From positions 1,952,001-2,016,000 of the forward strand of contig OZ219926.1 in assembly GCA_964291405.2 (NCBI GenBank): 64,000 nucleotides of DNA. Reading direction: 5' to 3'. How positions within the stretch are numbered: the first letter of the stretch is position 1; each line of letters opens with the position of its first letter. This document shows, one piece after another, positions 1-9,106 of this stretch. The notes under the pieces were generated by a model. That model did not search any database and had not been told where the DNA came from. It saw only the letters and a list, made by a program, of their open reading frames with translations. Both the position numbers and the translations under genes were made by a program. The DNA comes from Thermodesulfobacteriota bacterium. GTDB taxonomy: Bacteria > Desulfobacterota > Binatia > Bin18.

Positions 1-1613
1 AACCGGTTCAGGCTGCGGGCAAACCAGGGGAAGTCACTACTGGTTATACTCACCCGAATACAGTGACCGGGTAAAAAGACATAATGAGTGGGCCAGAGCT
101 CCACCGCAAACCGTGTCACCGCTCCGGGGACGAGGGGCGTGGGCCGTTGCAGCGACTCCCGGTACGAGGCGCGCAGACATCCCTGGCTGACCTTCATTGA
201 GCGGCCGTCGGGATACACATCGGTCAGCTTGACGTGCCACTCCGTGTCGTCACAATCGCTCGCAGCGAACAGGTCGATATGCGGCCAGCCCGAGACGATC
301 ACTTCTGCCTTCAAGATATCGCTGGTGTAGCAGATGACATCGAGCCGGGCTTCAACCGCGTCCTGATTGAGCGGAATATCCTCAAGCGGATATTGCTTGA
401 CGTCCATCTGGGTGGGGGCCGGGTCGTTCGGGTCATAGCGATAGGTCTGCGGAGGTTCATCAGATGGGGGAGACGTGGCGGACAGAGAGCCACGGGTTCC
501 ATCGAAGTGCAAATAGAGCGCCTGCTCCGTATCACTCAGCGGCCAACGGTCCGTCTCACGCCAGACGTTTCGTCCCGTTTCAAAAAGACGGACCGGCGGG
601 TCATTCCGAACGCCGTTGTCCCGGCCTTTGAGCCAGTGATCAAACCAACGTAAATGAACCTGATGCATATCCAGCGCCGCGTCCGGTCCGAAGTTCACCC
701 CTGCATACTGATCGTGCGGCCAGCGGCAGTTGACGTGACTCCACGGTCCGACGATCAGCTGTTGCCTGCTGCGGGCCGGAGAGGCCTGCATCATATGCTC
801 ATAGTGATGAAAGGCACCGGTCAGATCCTCCATATCAAACCAGCCCGTCACATGGAGACAGGGCACATCGATCTGATCGTAGCGCTCATCAAAACGCAGG
901 GCCTGCCAGTGCGCGTCCAGGGTGTCGTGCGTCAGCATGTCGTTCCAGGTTTCCCCAACCGGGTCGATATATTCACCAATGGCGGTCAGCGGCAGGCGGC
1001 GCAGGATATCGTCCCAGTCGTGGACTTCGAGCCCGTGGAATTCGGCAATCCGCCGCCGGACGAGATACACCCACCAGCCAAAATAAAGCTGGAACACGCC
1101 CCAGGTGTACGGAATTTCCTGTTGCCAACGGCCGGCCGCAGAGGTGGAGACCATACAGCTCAGATGCGGCGGCCGTTCCGCAGCCGCGGCCCACTGGGTC
1201 CAGCCCATATAGCTTAAGCCGGTCGTGCCGACCTTGCCGGTACACCACTCCTGGCGCGCCACCCACTCAATCACATCATGCGTATCCGGCCCGTCGTGCA
1301 CAAACGCTCGCCACTGGCCCTCGGATTTCCCCCGCCCGCGCACGTCGTGCACAACGACGGCATAGCCATGTTCCTGATAAAAACGCGCCTCGTCCAAAAA
1401 GAAGGCCGTGGTGCTCTTGTCGTAGGGCGTGGACTGGACGATCGCCGGCGCGGGCAGCTCAGCCTTACTTGGAAGGTAGACATCCGCGGCCAGCTCGACT
1501 CCGTCCCGCATCGGGATACCGGTTTCAAACACGGGTCGGTCTGTCGCTGCCGCCGCGCGGATGGGCTCCTCAAAATAGCGCTGGCGAGGCGTTTTGGTGG
1601 GCATGGCAGTCAT
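1..1613 (-). CDS. CocE/NonD family serine hydrolase (runs off the left edge; 3' end missing)
   Basis: Not in the ORF track because it has no stop in the window. Manual translation from ATG 1613 gives MTAMPTKTPR...IPMRDGVELAADVYLP...TPYDK...GYAVVVHDVRGRGKSEG...WCTGKVGTTGLSYMGWTQW, with the GxSYxG nucleophile motif. Confidence 0.9.
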   Translation of the reverse strand, partial: MTAMPTKTPRQRYFEEPIRAAAATDRPVFETGIPMRDGVELAADVYLPSKAELPAPAIVQSTPYDKSTTAFFLDEARFYQEHGYAVVVHDVRGRGKSEGQWRAFVHDGPDTHDVIEWVARQEWCTGKVGTTGLSYMGWTQWAAAAERPPHLSCMVSTSAAGRWQQEIPYTWGVFQLYFGWWVYLVRRRIAEFHGLEVHDWDDILRRLPLTAIGEYIDPVGETWNDMLTHDTLDAHWQALRFDERYDQIDVPCLHVTGWFDMEDLTGAFHHYEHMMQASPARSRQQLIVGPWSHVNCRWPHDQYAGVNFGPDAALDMHQVHLRWFDHWLKGRDNGVRNDPPVRLFETGRNVWRETDRWPLSDTEQALYLHFDGTRGSLSATSPPSDEPPQTYRYDPNDPAPTQMDVKQYPLEDIPLNQDAVEARLDVICYTSDILKAEVIVSGWPHIDLFAASDCDDTEWHVKLTDVYPDGRSMKVSQGCLRASYRESLQRPTPLVPGAVTRFAVELWPTHYVFLPGHCIRVSITSSDFPWFARSLNR

Positions 1614-1632
1614 CCCGTTGACGCAAATGACC

Positions 1633-2451
1633 TCAGTCCTGCTTCTGCGCCTGGACCGCTTCCTCGGCAGTCATGACCACCACGTCGCCCGGCCCGGCGC
1701 TGACCTCGCCGCCGTCGACCACATAGGTCATGCTGGTCGCAAACATCCCGGCCGGACTGGCTAGAAATAAGGCCAGACCGGCGATTTCGTTAGGCTCGCC
1801 CACTCGCTTCTGCGGGTTGATCGGAGAGCCGCTGGTCTCAACTGCCTCGACCAAATCCTTTGCCAAGTCGGTCCGGATCAACCCTGGGGCGATACAGGTC
1901 ACCCGAATTTTATCGGCCGCCCACTCCTTGCCCAAGAGCTGCGCCATATTGATGAGGGCCGCCTTGGACAGGGCATACGTGCCGATACCCATGGACGGCC
2001 GGACACCCTCATTTGAGGTGATGTTAATCACCGCGCCTCCGCCGCGTTGGCGCATGGATTCCCGACACAGACGCGCCAAATGTAGCGGCGCCCAGACATT
2101 GGTCCTCATCACCCTGAGGAAATCCTCTTCGTTTTCCTCGGCCAGGGTCACCAGGGAAACACCGGCGGCGTTATTGACCAGGATGTCGACACCGCCGAAC
2201 TCTTCGATCGTTGCCTGATACAGCTTGTCGCAGTCCGCACTGATCGACATGTCTGCCTGTACGGTCAAGACGCGGCGACCGGTTGCCGCGACATCCTGTT
2301 TGGCCCGCTCCAGGGCTTCCGGTCTGCGCGCGGCAAGCACGAGGTTCGCGCCGTGCTCGGCAAAGGCCAGCGCAATCGCCCGGCCGATACCTTTGGAGCC
2401 ACCGGTCACGATGGCGACTTTGTCGTCCAAAGAAAAATCAACGATACCCAT
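1633..2451 (-). CDS. Short-chain dehydrogenase/reductase
   Basis: TGGSKGIG, NNAA, YALSK, PGLIRT and VDGG motifs. Confidence 0.93.
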   Translation of the reverse strand: MGIVDFSLDDKVAIVTGGSKGIGRAIALAFAEHGANLVLAARRPEALERAKQDVAATGRRVLTVQADMSISADCDKLYQATIEEFGGVDILVNNAAGVSLVTLAEENEEDFLRVMRTNVWAPLHLARLCRESMRQRGGGAVINITSNEGVRPSMGIGTYALSKAALINMAQLLGKEWAADKIRVTCIAPGLIRTDLAKDLVEAVETSGSPINPQKRVGEPNEIAGLALFLASPAGMFATSMTYVVDGGEVSAGPGDVVVMTAEEAVQAQKQD

Positions 2452-2581
2452 ATGCTCCTCCTTTATGTTTAGCGCCTGCGTTCCTGTCTCTTACCACGAC
2501 TGAGGATAAGAGCTAAAGCGCTTTTCTCTTGACTCTGCTACCTGACGAAGACTAGCATCCGAGCAGAACAAAGGGGGCGGT

Positions 2582-3775
2582 ATGAATTTCGAGCTGACGA
2601 CCCAACACAAACGCATTCAGGCTCAGTGCCAGGAACTGGCGACAGACTTTGCCACCAGGGCGGCCGAGCACGACCGCGAGGCAACCAATCCGGTCGAGAA
2701 TTATGCTCTGCTGCGTGAGGCCGGGTTTCACACGCTCAATATCCCTACCGAGTTGGGCGGTTGGGGAGAAAAACTGTTCGGCCACTCGCTCGCCCTGGAA
2801 CAGCTTGCCCAGGGCTGCCCGGCCACGGCGCTGTCCTTCAATATGCATCTGGCCTGGGTCGGCTATCTCATGGAAAATATCGAGATTACATCTGACGTGA
2901 AGCAACGCGTGGCAGACTGGGTGGTACAGGGCAGTAATCTGGTTGCCGGTTCCACGTCCGAGGCGAGCACGTCGGCCCTGCTGGCGTCGTACGCTCCGGC
3001 CACCCAGGCAAGACAGGTCGACGGCGGCTATGTCATCAACGGCAAGAAATTTTTTTCGTCTATGGTTGGGGCGGCGGATTTCCGGGCCGTCCCGGCGCGT
3101 CGCGAGGACGCCACCACACCCGGCGCGGCCATCGTTTTTCTGGTTCCGCGGGAGGCTTCAGGGCAGACGGTGGAGGAAGTGTGGGATGTCCTGGGGATGC
3201 GCGGCACCCGGAGTGACTGCCTGCTCTTGGAAGACTGCTTTGTGCCCGAGGAATCGGTCGTGTTTGACACCGATAATTTCTTTCCTTCCATTGCTCGCGG
3301 GGCGAACTGGTTCTGGGCCTCGTATACGGCGGTCTATTTGGGGGTAGCCGCGGCGATCTACGCAGAAATCCTGAAGGTCGTTCAGGAGCGGGTGCCGAGG
3401 GGCTTTACCCAACCCATGGCCTATCATCCCGACGTGCGCCGAAAGGTTGCGGAGATGAACGCCGACCTCGAATCGGCACGGCTGAGCGTCTATCACTCGG
3501 CCTGGTTGAGCGATACCGAAGGCCCGACGCAGAACGCCATCGCGGCCCTCTATCGGGCCAAATATCTGGTCGGCGAAGCCACGGCGAACATTGGGCGCAG
3601 CGCCATGACTCTCGGCGGCGCGCACGCCTTGTTCAAGAGTTCGCCGCTGGAACGGCTATTCCGGGACGGCACGGTCGGGGCCATTCAGTTTCCGCCTAGC
3701 GATTTCTGTTTGGCGAGCCTCGGGTCGTTAGAGCTGGGTCTTGATCCGCATGAGATTCCACCGCCGATGAAGTAG
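2582..3775 (+). CDS. Acyl-CoA dehydrogenase-fold flavoprotein (possibly a DszC/SfnB-like monooxygenase)
   Basis: AAEHDRE, IPTELGG, NGKKFFSS, LGMRGTRS and LERLFRD motifs. Confidence 0.85.
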   Translation: MNFELTTQHKRIQAQCQELATDFATRAAEHDREATNPVENYALLREAGFHTLNIPTELGGWGEKLFGHSLALEQLAQGCPATALSFNMHLAWVGYLMENIEITSDVKQRVADWVVQGSNLVAGSTSEASTSALLASYAPATQARQVDGGYVINGKKFFSSMVGAADFRAVPARREDATTPGAAIVFLVPREASGQTVEEVWDVLGMRGTRSDCLLLEDCFVPEESVVFDTDNFFPSIARGANWFWASYTAVYLGVAAAIYAEILKVVQERVPRGFTQPMAYHPDVRRKVAEMNADLESARLSVYHSAWLSDTEGPTQNAIAALYRAKYLVGEATANIGRSAMTLGGAHALFKSSPLERLFRDGTVGAIQFPPSDFCLASLGSLELGLDPHEIPPPMK

Positions 3776-3788
3776 CTCTGCGGAGCAT

Positions 3789-4190
3789 CTACGACTCCGT
3801 TGGTGTTTCCCAGTATTCCTCGAAGAACGGATTGTCGATCAGTGTGCGCCAGGTGCCGTCAGGCTGGCGGCGCACGACATTGACGGCCCGGCCAGAGATG
3901 GTTTCTTGTGTACCGTCGGCTCTCGTGCGCTTCATGCTCCAGGGAATCCAGGACAGGGCGATATCTCCAGCCCGCACGACGTGTCTGACCTCGACCGAGA
4001 GCTCAGGATGCGCATCGGTAAACGTGCGCAAATGCTCGCGTAAAGCCTGCTCCCCCTGGACCGGAGCCTGTCCCGGTTCGGGTACGAACACCGTGTCCGA
4101 CTCATAGAGCGCCAGCATCGCGTCAATATCGCGGGCGTTCATCGCCTCAGGGAAGAGATCTTCTACTTCCTTGGGGGTGCGAGCCGGCAT
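3789..4190 (-). CDS. NTF2/SnoaL-like (YybH/DUF4440) protein
   Basis: MPARTPKEVEDLF..AMNARDIDAMLALYE..RRQPDGTWRTLIDNPF. Start moved to ATG 4190. Confidence 0.8.
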   Translation of the reverse strand: MPARTPKEVEDLFPEAMNARDIDAMLALYESDTVFVPEPGQAPVQGEQALREHLRTFTDAHPELSVEVRHVVRAGDIALSWIPWSMKRTRADGTQETISGRAVNVVRRQPDGTWRTLIDNPFFEEYWETPTES

Positions 4191-4213
4191 GGGGGTGCTT
4201 TCTCCGCGCTGCC

Positions 4214-4576
4214 TTACGGCCGGGCGCGGGTTTCTTCGGAACGGTCCGCGCGGGTCGGGTCGTATAAATCTCCAATGCTCGCGCCCAGCAGCCGGATGGG
4301 GCCGGTTGACGGGGTTTCGGCCCAGTGCAGCGTATTGGCCGGCAGGTCGAGCCGGTCGCCGGGTTTGAGGACCCACTTCTGGTCGCCGACGCCCATGGTG
4401 ATTTCACCCAGGACCGCAACCAGCACCTCGTCGTTCGGGTGGGTATGCGCCTCATAGGAATGGTTGGGTTCGTCGTCTTCGATATAGGCGGCCAGCCCTT
4501 CGGCCTCCATGGCACGAACCAGCTCTGACTGGGTCGGCGGTTCGGGCTTATTCCAACGGGTCACTTTGAGTTCCAT
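4214..4576 (-). CDS. Cupin domain protein
   Basis: HTHPNDE...LKPGDRLDLPANTLH cupin motifs. ATG 4576 follows an AGGAGG RBS. Confidence 0.85.
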   Translation of the reverse strand: MELKVTRWNKPEPPTQSELVRAMEAEGLAAYIEDDEPNHSYEAHTHPNDEVLVAVLGEITMGVGDQKWVLKPGDRLDLPANTLHWAETPSTGPIRLLGASIGDLYDPTRADRSEETRARP

Positions 4577-4760
4577 ATCGTCCCTCCTGCCAATACGCTT
4601 AGTCCCTGAGATTCTCCTGTAGCGCCAAAGGACGGACGGGTCAACGCAAAAATCGGCAGAATTCCTCGATTTCGATTGACAAAATTGCGCCCCCGGACGG
4701 ATAATGCGGGCACAACTGTTCTTTACCATAAGACAGGGCTTTCCATAAGGAGGGAATCGT

Positions 4761-5885
4761 ATGCCAAAGCACAAAGTTATTTCGTCGGACGATCATATTT
4801 TTGAACCGCTCGACCTGTGGACGACGCGGCTGGATAAAAAATTTCGCGACCGCGCCCCACGGGTGATCCCGGCCGAGGACGGCGACTGGTGGTATTGCGA
4901 GGGCATTAAAGTCCAGACCGCGGCGGCGGCGGCCCAGGCCGGCCTGCGCTTCGAGGACCCGGACCGCCTGAGCTTTCAGGATAAGGTGGAGAATATCCGA
5001 CCCGGCGCCTACATTCCGGAAGAGCATATCAAAGACATGGACGCCGACGGCATTGACATGGGCCTAGTGTATCCGACCGTCGGGTTGCAACTCTACCAGC
5101 GCATTCAGGACAGCGAGTTGCTGACCGTCCTGTTTCGGACCTATAACGACTGGCTGGCCGAGTTCTGCGACACCTATCCGGACCGCCTACGAGGCATCGC
5201 CATGATCAACCTCGACGATATCCCGTCGGGGATCGAGGAAATGGAACACTGCGCCAAGCTGGGCCACCGCGGCATTATGATTACTATTCAGCCTTTAGGC
5301 GGCATGAGCTACGACAGGCCGGAGTATGATCCCGTGTGGGCCGCGGCCCAGGATTTGGCCCTGCCCATCAGCCTGCACGTCACCACCAACCGGCCCGACC
5401 CGAACGACCCGAGCGCCCTCCTCCTCGACGCGGCCAAGCTGTCCTTTTTTGTCAACCTGGATCACTGGCCCCGCGTGTGTCTGACCGACATGATTTTCAG
5501 CGGCGTGTTTGAACGCTATCCCAAACTCCAGGTCGGTTCGGTCGAAATGGAACTGTCCTGGGTGCCCCACTTCCTGGACCGTCTGGACTATAACTACACC
5601 CAACGTGCACGGGAGCTTGCCGGGGAACGCTTCAAAGAAGACATCATGCCGAGCGAGTTCTTTCATCGCCACGTCTTTTTGAGTTTTCAGGAAGACCAGA
5701 TGGGGATTCGGGACCGGGAGATCATTGGCGTGGACAGCCTGCTGTGGGGTTCCGACTATCCCCATTTCGAATCGACCTTTCCCAAGAGCCAAGAGTTTCT
5801 CAGTGACATGCTCGCAGACTGTACCGAAGAAGAGTGGGCCAAGATTGTCGGCGGGAATGCCGCCCGGGTGTATCAGTTGAGTTGA
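4761..5885 (+). CDS. Amidohydrolase 2 family protein
   Basis: SSDDHIFEP, YNDWLAEFC, ISLH and WGSDYPH motifs. Confidence 0.9.
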   Translation: MPKHKVISSDDHIFEPLDLWTTRLDKKFRDRAPRVIPAEDGDWWYCEGIKVQTAAAAAQAGLRFEDPDRLSFQDKVENIRPGAYIPEEHIKDMDADGIDMGLVYPTVGLQLYQRIQDSELLTVLFRTYNDWLAEFCDTYPDRLRGIAMINLDDIPSGIEEMEHCAKLGHRGIMITIQPLGGMSYDRPEYDPVWAAAQDLALPISLHVTTNRPDPNDPSALLLDAAKLSFFVNLDHWPRVCLTDMIFSGVFERYPKLQVGSVEMELSWVPHFLDRLDYNYTQRARELAGERFKEDIMPSEFFHRHVFLSFQEDQMGIRDREIIGVDSLLWGSDYPHFESTFPKSQEFLSDMLADCTEEEWAKIVGGNAARVYQLS

Positions 5886-5905
5886 GGACGCAGGGGAGGC
5901 CGAGG

Positions 5906-6697
5906 GTGGAACTTCAAGAGAAAATCATCGTCGTCACCGGCGGGGCGAGTGGCATCGGCAAGGCTCTATGTCGCCGCTTTACGGCCGAGGGCGCACGGGC
6001 GGTCGTGGTGGTGGACCTGAACGCAGCCGGGGCGGCTGAGGTCGCGGCCGAGATTGGCTCGGTCGCCATGACGGCCGATGTGTCCAAAGAGGCTGACGTG
6101 GTGCGGGTGATTGACCAGACCGAGCGCGATATCGGCCCGATCGATCTGTTCTGTTCCAACGCCGGCATTGCCGCGACCGGCGGCGTGGAAACTTCGGATG
6201 CGGACTGGCAGAAGAGCTGGGATGTGAACGTCATGTCGCATATCTACGCGGCCCGCACGCTGGTGCCGCGCATGATTGCCCGGGGCGGCGGCTATCTGCT
6301 GAATACCGCCTCTGCCGCGGGTCTGCTCAATCAGATCGGTTCGGCCTCCTACGGTGTGACCAAGCATGCCGCGGTCGGCTTTGGGGAGTGGTTGGCGCTG
6401 ACGCACGCGCATCAGGGCATCAAAGTCTCCCTGCTGTGTCCCCAAGCGGTCAGAACGCCCATGCTGGTGGATAATGAGGGCACCCGAGCGGCAAGTGTGG
6501 ACGGCCTGATGGAGCCGGAGGAGCTGGCAGAGGTTGTGGTCGAGGGCCTGCGGGCCGAACGCTTTCTGATCTTGCCCCACCCCCAGGTCCTGGAGTATAT
6601 GCAACGCAAAACCGGTGACTACGATCGCTGGCTCAGGGGCATGAACCGTTTACAGGAACGTCTGGGCGCGGCCGAGGACGAGAAGGGCCTGCCATGA
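5906..6697 (+). CDS. Short-chain dehydrogenase/reductase
   Basis: TGGASGIG, SNAG and YGVTK motifs. GTG start follows GGAGG. Confidence 0.9.
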   Translation: MELQEKIIVVTGGASGIGKALCRRFTAEGARAVVVVDLNAAGAAEVAAEIGSVAMTADVSKEADVVRVIDQTERDIGPIDLFCSNAGIAATGGVETSDADWQKSWDVNVMSHIYAARTLVPRMIARGGGYLLNTASAAGLLNQIGSASYGVTKHAAVGFGEWLALTHAHQGIKVSLLCPQAVRTPMLVDNEGTRAASVDGLMEPEELAEVVVEGLRAERFLILPHPQVLEYMQRKTGDYDRWLRGMNRLQERLGAAEDEKGLP

Positions 6698-7914
6698 GCT
6701 TTGCCCCCAGCGATAAAGTGTTAGCCCTGCGGGAGCGGCTTGAGCGCTTCATGGATGAGCATATCTATCCGGTCGAGCGTGCCTATTACGAGTTTGTCGA
6801 GGATCAGAACAATCTGTGGCAATATCCCCCCTTCTTTGAAGACCTCAAGCGCAAGGCAAAAGCGGCCGGTATCTGGAACTGGTTCCTGCCACGTGAATAT
6901 GAGCCCTGGAGTCCGGGTCTGTCCAACCTGGAATTCGCGCCGCTCATGGAGGTCATGGCCAAGGTCTTCTGGTCCCAGGAAGTCTTCAACTGTAGCGCGC
7001 CGGACCGGGGGAATATGGAAGTCCTGGCAAAATACGGAACCCCGGCCCAGCAAGAGCAGTGGCTCACGCCCTTACTGAACGGAGAAATCCGGTCGGCCTA
7101 TGCCATGACCGAACCCCAGGTAGCCTCCTCGGACGCCACCAATATGGAACTAGCCATCGTGCGCGACGGGGACCACTATGTGCTCAACGGGCGCAAGTGG
7201 TGGATCACGGGGGTATTAAGCGAGCGCTGCAAGGTCATGCTGGTCATGGGCAAGTCGAATCCCGAGGCGGACCGCCACTCCCAGCACTCAACCATCCTGG
7301 TCCCGGTTGACACGCCGGGCTTTCGGATTGTCCGGCCGCTCAAAGCCTTTGGCAGCTATCACTCTCCCGGCGGAGAAGGCGATCTGGTGTTTGAGGATGT
7401 CCGGGTCCCCAAAGAGAACCTCATTCTTGGCGAAGGGCGCGGCTTTGAGATCGCCCAGGGCCGGCTCGGGCCGGGCCGCTTTCAGTACGCCATGATGTTT
7501 GTTGGCATGGCTCAGCGCTGTCTCGATCTCATGTGCCAGCGGGTTGGCGAGCGGGTGGCGTTTGGCGAGACCCTCATCAAGAAGACCAGCATCCAGCATG
7601 AGATCGCCCGCTCCCGGTGTGACATTGAACAGTGTCGGCTGCTGGTGCTTGCGGCGGCCGACAAGATGGACCGCGAAGGATCGAAGGGCGCGCGCGATTT
7701 CATTTCCATGGTCAAAATCGTTGCCCCGCAGATGTGCCAGACCGTGGCCGACCGGGCCATTCAGGCGTTCGGCGGCAAGGGCGTCAGTCAGGACGTACCT
7801 ATGCACCACGTGTTTCAGACCAGTCGCTTTTGTCGCATCGCCGACGGACCGGACGAAGTGCATATGTCACAACTCGGCCGCTGGACCCAGCGCGATGCCA
7901 AAGGGGTGCGCTAA
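6694..7914 (+). CDS. Acyl-CoA dehydrogenase (ACAD10/11-like, FadE2 type)
   Basis: FNCSAPDRGNMEVL, MTEPQVASSDATN, AQGRLGPGR and RIADGPDEVH motifs. Confidence 0.92.
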   Translation: MSFAPSDKVLALRERLERFMDEHIYPVERAYYEFVEDQNNLWQYPPFFEDLKRKAKAAGIWNWFLPREYEPWSPGLSNLEFAPLMEVMAKVFWSQEVFNCSAPDRGNMEVLAKYGTPAQQEQWLTPLLNGEIRSAYAMTEPQVASSDATNMELAIVRDGDHYVLNGRKWWITGVLSERCKVMLVMGKSNPEADRHSQHSTILVPVDTPGFRIVRPLKAFGSYHSPGGEGDLVFEDVRVPKENLILGEGRGFEIAQGRLGPGRFQYAMMFVGMAQRCLDLMCQRVGERVAFGETLIKKTSIQHEIARSRCDIEQCRLLVLAAADKMDREGSKGARDFISMVKIVAPQMCQTVADRAIQAFGGKGVSQDVPMHHVFQTSRFCRIADGPDEVHMSQLGRWTQRDAKGVR

Positions 7915-8181
7915 GTGGACCGGGCCGGGTCGAATCGACCGTTTATCGCCGGGATGGTCCTGACCTGCCCGGAGCCGACCTGCGGCTATGCGTTGTACGA
8001 AATTACGCGCTGGGCCCTCACCCAGGATTTACTGGAAGACAACCAGCACTATATGAAGCCGCTCCACGCGGCGATTCGCCCACGCTCAGTGTGGTCTTCA
8101 CTCAAATGCGGGTTTTGCGGTACCTCGCTCTATGATTATAAGCGGCGCGCGCTACATACCTTTGAGCTGGGCTGGTGGTAA
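7915..8181 (+). CDS. Small hypothetical protein, putative zinc ribbon
   Basis: GTG directly after the upstream stop; CPEPTC and CGFC cysteine pairs. Confidence 0.55.
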   Translation: MDRAGSNRPFIAGMVLTCPEPTCGYALYEITRWALTQDLLEDNQHYMKPLHAAIRPRSVWSSLKCGFCGTSLYDYKRRALHTFELGWW

Positions 8182-8245
8182 GCTAGAGCAAAATTCACAT
8201 TAGAGCAAATTACGATTCCGTGTAGCCCGTCTCTCTCCTCCTTGA

Positions 8246-8293
8246 GGAGTGCGGGCTTCCAGCCCGCAAGCGGCCAAGATGGCCGCTCTCCCA
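8246..8293. repeat. Double-hairpin REP-like element
   Basis: GCGGGCT-TCC-AGCCCGC followed by AGCGGCCA-AGA-TGGCCGCT. Confidence 0.65.
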
Positions 8294-8431
8294 GGAGGGG
8301 AGCCCCCCGCATCCCCCTGGGACGCTTGGGGCAGGCCCGTGTCCTTCCAGACGAGCGCGGACTGGCACGGCTACAACGTAGCGTAAACCGCACTAGTGTA
8401 GCGTCCAACGGCCTCCGCGCGTTGCCCGATA

Positions 8432-8485
8432 CGTAGGGTGCGCCCTGCGCACCGGGGCAAGGTGGTGCATGGGATGCACCCGACG
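8432..8485. repeat. GTAG-family REP pair (inverted)
   Basis: CGTAGGGTGCGCCCTGCGCACC ... GGTGCATGGGATGCACCCGACG. Confidence 0.65.
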
Positions 8486-8524
8486 GAACTCTGGAGAGCA
8501 CCTCGCTACACCACGGAGGAAACT

Positions 8525-8555
8525 GCTCACAGCCCGCGTTGCGCGGGCTGTGAGC
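8525..8555. terminator. Perfect 14-bp stem hairpin between convergent genes
   Basis: GCTCACAGCCCGCG-TTG-CGCGGGCTGTGAGC. Only a weak T-tract on the minus strand. Confidence 0.45.
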
Positions 8556-8558
8556 CCG

Positions 8559-8622
8559 AGCGGCACTTGAGCGGTGTAAATTAACACCCTAGCGGCGCTT
8601 GAGCGGTGCAAAACCTCACCCT
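8559..8622. repeat. Two tandem 32-bp imperfect repeats
   Basis: AGCGGCACTTGAGCGGTGTAAATTAACACCCT vs AGCGGCGCTTGAGCGGTGCAAAACCTCACCCT (26/32 identical). Confidence 0.6.
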
Positions 8623-8992
8623 AACCTTCCGGACCCGCTTCGTTAGCGACGGTGAGCAACACATCCGCGTGGCAATCGTCGTCCAGCGGACACCAGCAGG
8701 CCAGATTCTTGCCTTTCAGGTGGTGCTGAATGGTCTCCGCCGAGGGCGGGGGCGGGAGCGTATCGCCGCCCTTAAAAAGCGCGGCCAGCCCCGGGACTAG
8801 TTGGTCGTTCAGCCACAGCTTGTACACCGCAACCAGAAAGCCCCGGTCAACGGCCATGTCGGGGTTTTCCTTGAGCCGAAAGAACGGGTTGCCCCACTTG
8901 CCGGGCCGTCCGACATAGACGGCGTTTTTCGGCATCTTCCAGTCCTTGGTACGTTTGCGCTGAATCCGCCGTGGGTGTCTTTTGCGTGCCAT
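8621..8992 (-). CDS. DUF4326 domain protein (phage/plasmid-associated)
   Basis: RIQRKRTKDWKMP..VYVGRPGKWGNPF..LKGKNLACWCP..CHADVL signature. Confidence 0.88.
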   Translation of the reverse strand: MARKRHPRRIQRKRTKDWKMPKNAVYVGRPGKWGNPFFRLKENPDMAVDRGFLVAVYKLWLNDQLVPGLAALFKGGDTLPPPPSAETIQHHLKGKNLACWCPLDDDCHADVLLTVANEAGPEG

Positions 8993-9106
8993 GCGCCCAG
9001 CATAAGATGGTCCGGCGTTCAGAGCAAGCGTTGACAGACGCTCGACAAGGCCGCCCTGAACGCAGTACGCTAGGTGCATTCATGTATCGCTCATGAGGAT
9101 ACGGCT

